A stretch of DNA of 64,000 nt. Origin: Hydrurus foetidus (Eukaryota). This document shows, piece after piece, positions 39,017 to 48,633 of the stretch (position 1 is the first letter of the stretch; each line of letters begins with the position of its first letter). The stretch lies in assembly GCA_900617105.1 (NCBI GenBank), contig UYFQ01000004.1, forward strand, positions 186,001 to 250,000, given 5' to 3'. The notes under the pieces are model-generated. The model was not told where the DNA came from. It worked only from the letters and a program-made list of their open reading frames with translations, and made no database searches. The position numbers were made by a program, and so were the translations under genes.

Positions 39017-40305
39017 CCCGCAGCGCCGTGCCTACCGCGCCGTTTGACTGGCATGCTGGATGGCGCTATGGCCTCATGGGCCTGCCGCTGGCCTTTGTGG
39101 CTCTGCCGCTGTATGTCACGCTGCCCAACCACTACGCCACCGCCTTTGGCGTGCCGCTGGCCACGCTGGGCGCCGTTCTGCTGGCCGCGCGCCTGTTCGA
39201 CGCGCTGATCGATCCGCTGCTGGGCCGCTGGAGCGACCGGCTGTTTACCCAGTCGCTACGCGCCGTACTCACCTGGGCCGCGCTGGCCTGCGGGGTACTT
39301 GGCGCGGGCTTTGCGCTGCTGTTCTTCCCGCCAGTCCACGGCCCCGGCGCTCTGGTGCTGTGGGCTACCGCCTGCTTGGTGGTCACCTACGCAGCGTACA
39401 GCGCTATAAGCATCCTGCACCAGTCCTGGGGCGCCCGGCTGGGCGGTGACGAAGTGCAGCGCAGCCGCGTGGTGGCCTGGCGCGAAGGCCTGGGTCTGCT
39501 AGGTGTCGTTTTGGCATCCATTGCACCGCTAGCCCTCGGATTACCTGCGACAGCCGCTCTGTTTTTGATAGCGCTTGGCATGGGCTGGTGGGCCTGGACT
39601 GCCGCACGCCCGCCGCCCACCGGCACGGCCGTCGGGGTCGAAGCTGGCTTCTCCGCTGGTCGGCCCGCGTCGGTCTGGCTGCCGTTCACGCGGCCCGCGT
39701 TTCGCGCGCTGCTGGCGGTGTTTGTGGTCAACGGCATTGCCAGCGCGGTGCCGGCCACGCTGATCCTGTTTTTTGTGCAAGACCGGCTGCAAGCCCCGGC
39801 GAGCCAGCAGCCGCTGTTCCTGGGCAGCTACTTTGTCAGTGCTGCCATTGCCCTCCCGCTGTGGCTGCGCGTGGTGCCCCGCCTGGGCCTGGCGCGCACC
39901 TGGTTGCTGGGCATGCTGCTGTCCATGGCGGTGTTTGTGTTTGCCACCCAACTGGGTGCGGGCGACACCACGGCGTTTCTGGTGGTGTGCGTGCTGGCGG
40001 GCGTGGCGCTGGGTACCGACCTGGCCCTGCCCGGCGCGCTGCTGGCCGGCACCATTGCCGCCGCCGGGGACCGCGGCCGCACCGAGGGCGCCTACTTTGG
40101 CTGGTGGAACTTTGCCACCAAGCTCAACCTCGCGCTGGCGGCCGGCGTGGCCCTGCCGCTGCTGGGCCTGTGGGGCTACACGCCGGGCACGCGTGACCCC
40201 GCCGCGCTGCAGGCGCTGACCACCGCCTACTGCCTGCTGCCCTGCGCGCTCAAGGCCGTGGCCGCCGTGCTGCTGTACACCCTGATCATCCGAAAGACCC
40301 CATGA
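39013..40305 (+). CDS. MFS transporter (GPH/MelB-like)
   Basis: ARLFDALIDPLLGRWSD, EGAYFGWWNFATK; about 12 TM segments. Confidence 0.88.
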   Translation: MTRSAVPTAPFDWHAGWRYGLMGLPLAFVALPLYVTLPNHYATAFGVPLATLGAVLLAARLFDALIDPLLGRWSDRLFTQSLRAVLTWAALACGVLGAGFALLFFPPVHGPGALVLWATACLVVTYAAYSAISILHQSWGARLGGDEVQRSRVVAWREGLGLLGVVLASIAPLALGLPATAALFLIALGMGWWAWTAARPPPTGTAVGVEAGFSAGRPASVWLPFTRPAFRALLAVFVVNGIASAVPATLILFFVQDRLQAPASQQPLFLGSYFVSAAIALPLWLRVVPRLGLARTWLLGMLLSMAVFVFATQLGAGDTTAFLVVCVLAGVALGTDLALPGALLAGTIAAAGDRGRTEGAYFGWWNFATKLNLALAAGVALPLLGLWGYTPGTRDPAALQALTTAYCLLPCALKAVAAVLLYTLIIRKTP

Positions 40306-40841
40306 AACGACGCCTGCTCCTCAGCGCCGCCACCGCAGCCAGCGCCCTCGCGCTGGGCGGCTGCGGCACGCAACACATCGACCACTACGCCAACGAGAAA
40401 CCGGTGCTGGACCTGCAGCAGTATTTCAACGGCGTGCTCGATGCCTATGGCGTGTTCACCGACCGCTCGGGCGCGGTGGTCAAGCGCTTCACCGTGGTGA
40501 TGCGCTGCAGCTGGCAGGGCAATGAGGGCGTGCTGGACGAAGACTTTCTGTACTCCGATGGTACGAAGCAAAAACGCATCTGGCGCCTGAAGAAGCTGGC
40601 CGATGGCCGCTACACGGGCACCGCCGACGATGTGGTGGGCACGGCCCAGGGCCAGGCACGTGGCAACGCGTTCTACTGGACCTACACCTTGCGCCTGCCG
40701 GTCGACGGATCGGTCTATGACGTCACGTTCGACGACTGGATGTACCTGATGACCGACAACGTGATGCTCAACAAGGCCACCATGAGCAAGTTCGGCGTGC
40801 GGCTGGGTGAGGTGACGCTGTCGTTCACCAAACGCCCGTAG
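40302..40841 (+). CDS. DUF3833 family lipoprotein
   Basis: Lipobox LGGC; LDEDFLYSDG, FDDWMYL, KFGVRLG. Confidence 0.88.
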   Translation: MKRRLLLSAATAASALALGGCGTQHIDHYANEKPVLDLQQYFNGVLDAYGVFTDRSGAVVKRFTVVMRCSWQGNEGVLDEDFLYSDGTKQKRIWRLKKLADGRYTGTADDVVGTAQGQARGNAFYWTYTLRLPVDGSVYDVTFDDWMYLMTDNVMLNKATMSKFGVRLGEVTLSFTKRP

Positions 40842-40853
40842 TTACAAGCCAAA

Positions 40854-40904
40854 CCGGCACCTAGCCCCCATATCCATTGCGCGAGCAGCTATCAAAACAA
40901 GAGC
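40854..40904 (+). repeat. REP-like repeat, copy D
   Basis: CCGGCACCTAGCCCCCATATCCATTGCGCGAGCAGCTATCAAAACAAGAGC. Confidence 0.8.
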
Positions 40905-40917
40905 AGCGATTATTCCC

Positions 40918-41697
40918 ATGCCCATCTTTCAACCCCTGAATCCCCCGCTGCGCGACTGGCGCGGCATGACGGTCTGGATCGTCGGCGCCTCCAGCGGCAT
41001 CGGGCTAGCCACGGCGGCCGCCTTGCATGCCCAAGGCGCGCAGGTGGTGGTGTCCGCGCGCAAGGCTGCCGCGCTGGAGGCCTTTGTAGCGGCCCACCCC
41101 GGCAGCACGGCGCTGCCACTGGACGCAACCGATGCCGCAGCCGTGCACGCCGCAGCCGACCAGCTTCTGGCGCGCGGGCCGCTGGACTGCGTGCTGTACT
41201 GCGCCGGCCACTACGCCGCCATGCGCGCTACGGCGCTGGACCTGGCCGACCTGCAGCGCCACACCGCGGTGAACTACACAGGCGCCCTGTATGTGCTGAG
41301 CGCGGTGCTGCCCGCCATGCTGGCGCGTGGCGCGGGCCACATCGCGCTGGTGGGCAGCGTGGCGGGCTACCGCGGCCTGCCCAACAGCCTGGCCTATGGC
41401 CCGACCAAGGCCGCGCTCATCAATCTGGCCGAGACGCTGTACCTGGACCTGCACGACAAAGGCATTGGCGTATCACTGATCAACCCCGGCTTTGTGCAAA
41501 CCCCGCTGACCGCGCAGAACGACTTTGACATGCCCGCACTGCTCACCCCAACGCAAGCGGCGCAGGCCATATTGGCGGGCTGGGCGCGGGGCCGCTTCGA
41601 GATCCACTTCCCCAAACGGTTCACGCTGTGGCTCAAAGCCCTGCGCGTGGTGCCCTACCGGGCCTACTTTTACCTGATAAGCCGCGCCACTCTATGA
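40918..41697 (+). CDS. Short-chain dehydrogenase/reductase
   Basis: GASSGIG, YGPTK (YxxxK), NPGFV.TP. Confidence 0.92.
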   Translation: MPIFQPLNPPLRDWRGMTVWIVGASSGIGLATAAALHAQGAQVVVSARKAAALEAFVAAHPGSTALPLDATDAAAVHAAADQLLARGPLDCVLYCAGHYAAMRATALDLADLQRHTAVNYTGALYVLSAVLPAMLARGAGHIALVGSVAGYRGLPNSLAYGPTKAALINLAETLYLDLHDKGIGVSLINPGFVQTPLTAQNDFDMPALLTPTQAAQAILAGWARGRFEIHFPKRFTLWLKALRVVPYRAYFYLISRATL

Positions 41698-42143
41698 CCG
41701 CCCCCACCCTGCCCAGCAACGAGGCCGCTACTCGCGTGGTGGCCTTGTTTGAAACCCTCACGCCCGCCTCGGTAGCGACCCTGCCCGCGTTCTACGCAGC
41801 CGATGCGCGCTTCAAAGACCCGTTCAATGATGTCAGGGGCATCGCCGCCATCACGGCCATCTTTGCCCATATGTTTGGGGCGATGGAAGCACCCCGCTTC
41901 GTGGTGCGCGAGCGCATCCTGCAGGGGCAACAGTGTTTTCTGACGTGGGAGTTTCGCTTTCGCTTCCGGCGCTTTCGGCCGGAGCAGGAGCAGGTGATTC
42001 TGGGAGGCTCGCACCTGGTGTTTGACAGCGCGGGCTTGGTGACGCTGCACCGTGACTACTGGGACGCGGCGGAGGAGTTGTACGAGAAATTGCCCGTGGT
42101 GGGCGGGGTGATGCGCTGGCTCAAAAAGCGCGCCAATAGTTAG
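41694..42143 (+). CDS. SnoaL/NTF2-like protein
   Basis: YAADARFKDPFN, HRDYWDAAEELYEK. Confidence 0.88.
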   Translation: MTAPTLPSNEAATRVVALFETLTPASVATLPAFYAADARFKDPFNDVRGIAAITAIFAHMFGAMEAPRFVVRERILQGQQCFLTWEFRFRFRRFRPEQEQVILGGSHLVFDSAGLVTLHRDYWDAAEELYEKLPVVGGVMRWLKKRANS

Positions 42144-42153
42144 CGCTTAACGC

Positions 42154-42393
42154 TCAAGGGCCCGTGGTGGCGTTGGCCTGGTTGCCGAACTTGCTGCCCT
42201 GGAAGTCTTGGTTGAATTCCACGGGGCGGCGCGGTTCCCACCAGGCACGCAGGCTGGCAAACACATTGCGGCAACCCGTGCATTTGTACTCGCCCGTGGG
42301 CTTGAGCGCGCCGTTGGCGGCACGGTCAATCACCGGCTGGTAGCTGGTGGCCCCGCATTCGCGGCACTTGTAAACAGTCTTGAAGATTGCCAT
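42154..42393 (-). CDS. Small zinc-ribbon protein
   Basis: CRECG...CTGC in 79 aa. Confidence 0.6.
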   Translation of the reverse strand: MAIFKTVYKCRECGATSYQPVIDRAANGALKPTGEYKCTGCRNVFASLRAWWEPRRPVEFNQDFQGSKFGNQANATTGP

Positions 42394-42499
42394 GGTCGGC
42401 AGACTGTAAGCATTGGCGCGGGTTTTGACCAGCGCTTTTGTGAAATACCGCACAAAAACAGGCTTGCAGCCGTTTTTTGGCCGCCAAGCCGCGCCAGCC

Positions 42500-43114
42500 T
42501 TAGGCCGGCACGGTGTCGGCGAAGCTGGGGCGCTGCGCCAATTTCTCGGCCAGCTTGGTCAGATTGGGGTATTCCGTGCGCCAGTCGATCTGGGGAAAAC
42601 GGAAGTCCAGGTAACCCAGCGCGCAGCCCACGGCAATGTCGGCCAGGCTCAGGTGGATGCCGGCGCAAAAGGGCTTCTCGCCCAGACCGCGGGCCATGGC
42701 CTTCACGGCGTCGTTGACCTTGACCATCTGGCGGTCGATCCAGGCCTGGCTGCGTTGCGCCTTGCTGCGGCCGGCCCACGTAGCTTCCAGGCGCGCCAGG
42801 ATGGCGGCGTCCATCAGGCCATCGGCCAGGGCTTCCCAGGTCTTGATTTCGGCGCGCTCGCGGCCCACGGACGGGATCAGCTTGCCCACGGGCGAGAGGG
42901 TGTCCAGGTACTCGACGATGACGCGGGAGTCGAACAAGGCTTCTGCGCCTTCCATGACCAGGCAGGGCACTTTGCCCAGCGGATTCGACTCGGCGATGCT
43001 GGTGTCTGCCGCCCACACGTCCTCGGGAACGAAGGCGTAATCGAGCTTCTTCTCAGCCATCACGACGCGCACTTTGCGAACATAGGGGCTGGAAGTGGAT
43101 CCGAGTAATTTCAT
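42500..43114 (-). CDS. Glutathione S-transferase
   Basis: SPYVRKVR, NPLGKVP, FDSRVIVEYLD, SLADIA. Confidence 0.93.
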   Translation of the reverse strand: MKLLGSTSSPYVRKVRVVMAEKKLDYAFVPEDVWAADTSIAESNPLGKVPCLVMEGAEALFDSRVIVEYLDTLSPVGKLIPSVGRERAEIKTWEALADGLMDAAILARLEATWAGRSKAQRSQAWIDRQMVKVNDAVKAMARGLGEKPFCAGIHLSLADIAVGCALGYLDFRFPQIDWRTEYPNLTKLAEKLAQRPSFADTVPA

Positions 43115-43210
43115 GGGGTCTTGGCAGTTGCTGGAGGGTTGATTCTATCCAGCAGGGTTTACCAGAACGATCCGTGGGGCCGGGCGTGGCGCACAACCTA
43201 CAATTCGGGG

Positions 43211-44590
43211 ATGACTTTCTCCGCCATTTCCGCCCTCTCCCCGCTCGACGGCCGTTACGCCCCCAAGCTCGCCGCCCTGCGCCCCCTCACCAGCGAACTG
43301 GGCTACATGCACCGCCGCGTACAGGTGGAAGTGGCCTGGTTCATCGCCCTGAGCGACGCAGGCTTTGCCGAGTTCAAGCCATTGACGCCCGGAGCCCGTA
43401 CTTACTTGCTGGGCTTGGTCAAAAACTTCTCGGAAAGCGATGGCGAAGCCATTAAGACTATTGAAAGGACCACCAACCATGATGTAAAGGCGGTGGAATA
43501 CTGGATCAAGTCCAAGTTCGAGGCGCGGCCCGAGCTGGAGAAGGCCGGCGAGTTTGTGCACTTTGCCTGCACCAGCGAAGACATCAACAACACCAGCCAC
43601 GGCCTGCAACTGCGCTCGGCCCGCGACGTGGTGGTGCTGCCCGCGCTGGACAAAATCGTACTCAAGCTGCGCGACATGGCCCACGCCTACGCCGACCTGC
43701 CCATGCTGAGCCGCACCCACGGCCAGACCGCCAGCCCCACCACCGTGGGCAAGGAGATGGCCAACGTGGTGGTGCGCCTGCAGGCCGCCTGCGACCGTAT
43801 TGCCGCCGTCAAAATCCTGGCCAAAATGAACGGCGCGGTGGGCAACTACAACGCCCACCTCGCCGCCTGGCCCGACTTTGACTGGGAAGCCTTCAGCCGC
43901 AAGGTCATCGAAACCCACGAGCCGCTGGGCCTGGGCCTGACCTTCCAGCCCTACAGCATCCAGATCGAGCCGCACGACTATATGGCCGAGCTGTTTGACG
44001 CCGTGGCGCGCACCAACACCATCCTGATCGACCTGAGCCGCGACATCTGGGGCTATGTGAGCCTGGGTTACTTCAAGCAACGCCTGAAAAACGGCGAAGT
44101 GGGCTCCAGCACCATGCCGCACAAAGTCAATCCGATCGACTTTGAAAACGCCGAAGGCAACCTGGGCCTGGCCAACGCCGTGCTGCGCCACCTGAGCGAG
44201 AAGCTGCCCATTAGCCGCTGGCAGCGCGACCTGACCGACTCCACCGTGCTGCGCAACATGGGCGTGGCCTTGGGCTACGCCGTGCTGGCCTACAGCTCGC
44301 TGATGACCGGCCTGAACAAGCTGGAGATCAACGAAGCCGCAATTGCCGACGACCTGGACGCGTCATGGGAAGTGCTGGCCGAGCCCATCCAGACCGTGAT
44401 GCGCCGCTTTGGCCTGCCCCAGCCCTACGAGCAACTCAAGAAGTTCACACGCGGCGAGGCCATGACCCGTGAACTGATGCAGGGCTTTATCGCCGGGCTG
44501 GCGATTCCGGAAGACGAAAAGGCGCGTTTGCTGGCCATGACACCGGGCAGCTACACCGGCAAGGCCGCCGAGCTGGCAAAGCGCGTCTGA
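43211..44590 (+). CDS. purB: Adenylosuccinate lyase
   Basis: LSPLDGRY, TNHDVKAVEY, SRTHGQ, GSSTMPHKVNPIDFEN. Confidence 0.98.
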   Translation: MTFSAISALSPLDGRYAPKLAALRPLTSELGYMHRRVQVEVAWFIALSDAGFAEFKPLTPGARTYLLGLVKNFSESDGEAIKTIERTTNHDVKAVEYWIKSKFEARPELEKAGEFVHFACTSEDINNTSHGLQLRSARDVVVLPALDKIVLKLRDMAHAYADLPMLSRTHGQTASPTTVGKEMANVVVRLQAACDRIAAVKILAKMNGAVGNYNAHLAAWPDFDWEAFSRKVIETHEPLGLGLTFQPYSIQIEPHDYMAELFDAVARTNTILIDLSRDIWGYVSLGYFKQRLKNGEVGSSTMPHKVNPIDFENAEGNLGLANAVLRHLSEKLPISRWQRDLTDSTVLRNMGVALGYAVLAYSSLMTGLNKLEINEAAIADDLDASWEVLAEPIQTVMRRFGLPQPYEQLKKFTRGEAMTRELMQGFIAGLAIPEDEKARLLAMTPGSYTGKAAELAKRV

Positions 44591-45150
44591 TGGCACTCAA
44601 ATCCACCATCTACAAGGCCAACCTGCAGATTGCAGACATCGAGAACAGCTACTACGCCGACCACGCGCTGACGCTCGCGCGCCACCCCAGCGAGACCGAT
44701 GAACGCATGATGGTGCGGCTTGTAGCGATGGCCTTCAACGCCTACAAGTTGCAAAGCGTGTGCAATGGCGACGGCACGCTGGCCTTTGGCGCGGGCTTGT
44801 CGGACGTGGAAGACCCGGATGTGTCGCTGACCGACTTCACAGGCCACAAGCGTCTGTGGATCGAGGTCGGCCAGCCCGAGGACAAACCCATCTCCAAAGC
44901 GTGCAACAAGGCCGACGCGGTGCTGCTCTACCCCTTTGCCCACTCCGCCGATATCTGGTGGAAGGGCATGCAGAGCAAGCTCAGCCGGCTGGACAGGCTG
45001 CAGGTGTGGCGCATTCCTTCCGTCACTTCACAGGCCTTGGCCAAGCTGGCGCAGCGCAGCATGCAGCTGCAGGCGACGGTGCAAGAAGGCGTGCTGATGC
45101 TGGGCGACAGCGTGAATACCGTGGACATTGAGCCAATCCGCTGGAAGTGA
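44590..45150 (+). CDS. yaeQ: YaeQ family protein
   Basis: MALKSTIYKA, LARHPSETDERMMVR, LWIEVGQP. Confidence 0.94.
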   Translation: MALKSTIYKANLQIADIENSYYADHALTLARHPSETDERMMVRLVAMAFNAYKLQSVCNGDGTLAFGAGLSDVEDPDVSLTDFTGHKRLWIEVGQPEDKPISKACNKADAVLLYPFAHSADIWWKGMQSKLSRLDRLQVWRIPSVTSQALAKLAQRSMQLQATVQEGVLMLGDSVNTVDIEPIRWK

Positions 45151-45185
45151 TGGGTGGCGGCCTGGCGCCGCCATTGCAAGACAAA

Positions 45186-45236
45186 TAAGCCTCTAGCCCC
45201 CGTAAACACTGCGCCAGCAGCTATTATTTTGGTAGC
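45186..45236 (+). repeat. REP-like repeat, copy E
   Basis: TAAGCCTCTAGCCCCCGTAAACACTGCGCCAGCAGCTATTATTTTGGTAGC; overlaps the 3' end of the convergent gene. Confidence 0.85.
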
Positions 45237-45661
45237 GACTTTGCGGTAGGCAAGGGCCCTTCGGCCGCCCGCTCCGCGTATTTGTTGAAGCGCCAAGCAC
45301 TGGCGTCCAACGTGATGCGCCGCCAAGTGGCGCGCTTGGCGGCCGGACCCATCTCAGGCCAGCGCTGTACCTCTTCAAAGGTGCGGCCGCAGCCCTTGCA
45401 CAGGTCATCCCCTTGGCTGGTGGAGCAAATCGCAATGCAGGGCGTGTCGGGCGTGCTCTCGTACCAGGCCAACCATGCAGCCCGCGCCTTGGGCGGCATG
45501 GTGGCCTCGTCGGCCTCGGTCTCGTGGTAGTACACCAGCAGGGCATACACCTCGGCCAGCGCGCGCGTAGGCGCGGGCAAAGCCACCCCATCGGGCGAAG
45601 GCTCGCGCGCTCGCCAATAGTTAATGGCTGACTCGATGTCGGTGATGTGAATGCCTGCCAT
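45224..45661 (-). CDS. DUF3717 + DUF1289 (Cys-rich) fusion protein
   Basis: IHITDIESAINYWR..PS.DG followed by PCIAIC...CKGCGRT.EEV..W. Confidence 0.75.
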   Translation of the reverse strand: MAGIHITDIESAINYWRAREPSPDGVALPAPTRALAEVYALLVYYHETEADEATMPPKARAAWLAWYESTPDTPCIAICSTSQGDDLCKGCGRTFEEVQRWPEMGPAAKRATWRRITLDASAWRFNKYAERAAEGPLPTAKSLPK

Positions 45662-45751
45662 AGATTCCCGTAGAAGGGGGCGGATCATATACCGGCCCGC
45701 GCAAAGCCCCCTTTTTTCGAGGCCCTTTCCGCGCCTCAGTACACTGCGGAC

Positions 45752-45869
45752 TCGAAGGGGAGTAGCTCCCGCCCGCTGCCACGCAGCGGTTTCAGCAAGT
45801 CGTCAACACGAAGCATTTACTTCCGGCTTGTTGGGCAAGGCACCACACCTTGCTGAGCAAGACCTTCGA
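45752..45869 (+). ncRNA. yybP-ykoY manganese riboswitch
   Basis: TCGAAGGGGAGTAGC...GTCGTCAACACG...GAGCAAGACCTTCGA with closing stem TCGAAGG/CCTTCGA, upstream of a TerC-family gene. Confidence 0.88.
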
Positions 45870-45977
45870 TTGAAGCCCACTGCGGGCTCGGTCGAAGCGT
45901 GCTTGTGGTGTTCCCCATCCCATCCTCCAAGATCCATAACGCGGTGTGCAAACCCTCGATTTCAACCTGGATTTGTT

Positions 45978-46688
45978 ATGGAATTTCTCTCTGCCCCCTG
46001 GTGGTCCGCGCTGCTCGCCATTGTGCTCATCGACCTGGTGCTGGCCGGCGACAACGCGATCGTGATCGCACTGGCTGCACGCAACCTGCCCGGCCACCTC
46101 AAACGCAAGGCCATCATGTGGGGCACGGTAGGGGCCATCGTCGTGCGCTCGGTCATGACGGTGGGCGTGGTCTGGCTGCTCAATATACCTGGCCTGATGC
46201 TGGTGGGAGGCCTGGGGCTGCTGTGGATTGCCTACCAGCTGCTGGCCGACCAAGGCGGCAACGAGCACGACGGGCCCATGGCCAGCACCTTCTGGGGTGC
46301 GATGAAGACCATTGTGGTGGCCGACGCGCTGATGGGTATCGACAATGTGCTGGGCGTGGCCGGTGCGGCCCATGGTGCGTTTGACCTGGTCATCATCGGC
46401 CTGCTGATCAGCGTGCCCATCGTAGTCTTCGGTAGCACGGTGGTGCTGCGCTTGGTGGAACGCTTTCCCATGATCATCCAGCTGGGTGCTGCGGTGCTGG
46501 CCTTCACGGCCGCCAAAATGGTGGTCAGCGAAACACTGCTGCGCCCGGTGTTTGGCGATGCGGCCGGCATTGACGGTACGCAGACGGCTGCACGCTGGGC
46601 TGTCTACATCCTGGCGATGTCGGGCGTGCTGGCCGCAGGCTGGTGGAGCCAGAAGCGTGCGCAGGCCACTGTGCCTCACCGCGGCTAA
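45978..46688 (+). CDS. TerC family (YjbE-like) membrane protein
   Basis: IDLVLAGDNAIVIALA, IVVADALMGIDNVLGVAG. Confidence 0.92.
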   Translation: MEFLSAPWWSALLAIVLIDLVLAGDNAIVIALAARNLPGHLKRKAIMWGTVGAIVVRSVMTVGVVWLLNIPGLMLVGGLGLLWIAYQLLADQGGNEHDGPMASTFWGAMKTIVVADALMGIDNVLGVAGAAHGAFDLVIIGLLISVPIVVFGSTVVLRLVERFPMIIQLGAAVLAFTAAKMVVSETLLRPVFGDAAGIDGTQTAARWAVYILAMSGVLAAGWWSQKRAQATVPHRG

Positions 46689-46761
46689 GCAAGGTTTGCC
46701 TGCCAACCCGGAAGCTTTGGCCTCTGGGCGGTGGCCCAGGCCGGTGCTATGCTGTGCCACC

Positions 46762-47112
46762 ATGAAATTACTCGTCAAATGGCTTCTGAGCGCGACCGCC
46801 TTGCTGGCGGTTGCACACCTTTACAGCGGCGTGGAGGTGAAGAGTTTCACCTCCGCCTTGATCGCTGCGTTTGTGATTGGTCTGCTCAACACCGTGGTGC
46901 GCCCGCTGCTGGTGGTGCTGACCCTGCCGTTCACGATACTGACCCTGGGACTGTTCCTGTTTGTCATCAACGCGCTGATGTTTTGGTCCGCTGCGGGCGT
47001 GCTGGACGGCTTCCATGTGCAGGGCTTTACCGCAGCGCTGATCGGCTCGCTGATCTACACCCTGCTGGGCTTGATCATCGAATCAGCGCTCGAGCGCCTG
47101 TTCTCGAAGTAA
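46762..47112 (+). CDS. 4-TM 'phage holin family' (YvlD-like) membrane protein
   Basis: GLLNTVVRPLL..LTLP.TILTLGLF.FVINA. Confidence 0.88.
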   Translation: MKLLVKWLLSATALLAVAHLYSGVEVKSFTSALIAAFVIGLLNTVVRPLLVVLTLPFTILTLGLFLFVINALMFWSAAGVLDGFHVQGFTAALIGSLIYTLLGLIIESALERLFSK

Positions 47113-48633
47113 CTGCTCCACCTGGCGCGTCCGGGTGTCCACAATCGACGCCTCAAAATGGTCGGCACCTAGCGTGGCATTGCGCGCCAGGTCTTGCGCG
47201 GCTTTCAAACGCGCCAGCGCAGCCGGATAGTCAAGCTGAGCGATATTGACCTCGGCCTCGGCCCGAATCGCTGCCAGGGTCTTGCCCTGCGCCGCTGACA
47301 CGCTGGCCAAAGTCTGCCAGGCCAGCGCATCCAGTGGGTGGTCGGCCAGCCAGATTTGCAGCAACTGGCTGGCCTGGCCGGCCAGCCCGGTTTGGAGCTG
47401 GGCTTGGGCCAGCAAAAGCAACTCGGCACGGCTACCCAATTGCATCTGCGTCCCCAAGGCAGTCTGCGCCGTGGCGCCATCCCCCTTGGCCAGCGCCAGC
47501 TCGGCGGCCAGCAAACGCACCTGGCGTGCGGCTTTCGCATCAGCTTTCACCGCGCTGGTCAGGCGACCCAGCGAAGCATCGGCCAACGCGAAGTCCCGCA
47601 GCTTGATGGCGGCCAGGGTGGCGCCGTAGAGGGTGCCCGCCTGCTGCATAGGGTTTTGCCGTGCCAGGCGAGCTGGTTCGGCCTCCAGGTACCAATTGCG
47701 CAATGCGTCCACAGCCGAGTTGGACAGCACGCGCGCTCGCGCTGCGATCAATGCGTGCTCCCACTGTGGCGGCGGCGTGGCCGCCGCGCCGGCCGGAACA
47801 CGCACCTGCATATCGGCCATGCGCTCCGTGGTCAGCGGGTGGCTGCGCAGGTAGGGAAAGCCGCCTGAATCATTGAGGCGACTGGACTGCTGCAGCTTTT
47901 CGAACATGCTGACAAAGCCCTGCGGCGCAAAGCCGGCCTGGGAGGCCACTCCAAAGCCCACGCGGTCCGCCTCGCGCTCCATGTCGCGCGAGAAGTTGAG
48001 CTGGGTCTGGATCGCGGCGGCCTGCCCGCCGACGAGCACGGCATTCGCCGCCGCGGGGTTTTTGCTGGCCGCCAAGGCTCCCAGAATCATGGCACCGATC
48101 AACCAGGGGGTTTGCTCACTCTGGCGCGAAATCAAACGCGCAATGTGCCGCTGCGTCACGTGGCTAAGCTCGTGCGCCAGCACCGCCGCCAGCTCATCCC
48201 TGCTGGTAACAATGCCGACCAGCCCCAAGTGCAAGCCCAGGTAGGCACCGGGCAAGGCGAAGGCGTTGACTGTGCGGTCTTTCCCCAACAAGATCGTCCA
48301 CGCGTACTGCTCGTCCAACTCGGGGGGCAGCTCCCCGCGTAATCGCGCTGCAGCTAAAAGCGGCTGCCAGATGCCCTGCACATACTCCATGATGACCGGG
48401 TCATCGAGGTAGTCCGGGTCTCGGTACAGCTCACGGGCGATGCGATTGCCCAGGCGGCGCTCGGCGCTGGGAGTGATGGAGGCGCTGTCGCCGAGGTTGG
48501 GCAAGGCGGAGGACGTGGCGCCCTCCGGGCGCGCACCGGTTTGCGCAGGGGCTGCTATCGCTATCAAAACCAGAGCTGCTCGCGCAATAGATACGAGGGC
48601 TGGCACGCCATTTCTCTTGAAAAATACGGTCAA
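47083..48633 (-). CDS. M48 family metalloprotease with TPR-like C-terminus (BepA-like)
   Basis: VNAFALPG, LAHELSHV (HExxH), FSRDMEREAD, YLRSHPLT.ER. Confidence 0.92.
   Translation of the reverse strand: MTVFFKRNGVPALVSIARAALVLIAIAAPAQTGARPEGATSSALPNLGDSASITPSAERRLGNRIARELYRDPDYLDDPVIMEYVQGIWQPLLAAARLRGELPPELDEQYAWTILLGKDRTVNAFALPGAYLGLHLGLVGIVTSRDELAAVLAHELSHVTQRHIARLISRQSEQTPWLIGAMILGALAASKNPAAANAVLVGGQAAAIQTQLNFSRDMEREADRVGFGVASQAGFAPQGFVSMFEKLQQSSRLNDSGGFPYLRSHPLTTERMADMQVRVPAGAAATPPPQWEHALIAARARVLSNSAVDALRNWYLEAEPARLARQNPMQQAGTLYGATLAAIKLRDFALADASLGRLTSAVKADAKAARQVRLLAAELALAKGDGATAQTALGTQMQLGSRAELLLLAQAQLQTGLAGQASQLLQIWLADHPLDALAWQTLASVSAAQGKTLAAIRAEAEVNIAQLDYPAALARLKAAQDLARNATLGADHFEASIVDTRTRQVEQLLREQALER
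48560..48610 (-). repeat. REP-like repeat, copy F, in the N-terminal coding region of the M48 gene
   Basis: Reverse complement TGGCGTGCCAGCCCTCGTATCTATTGCGCGAGCAGCTCTGGTTTTGATAGC. Confidence 0.78.

Noticed and set aside
46762..47112. 'Phage holin' gene as evidence of a prophage
   Set aside because: Common chromosomal YvlD-like family with no phage genes nearby.
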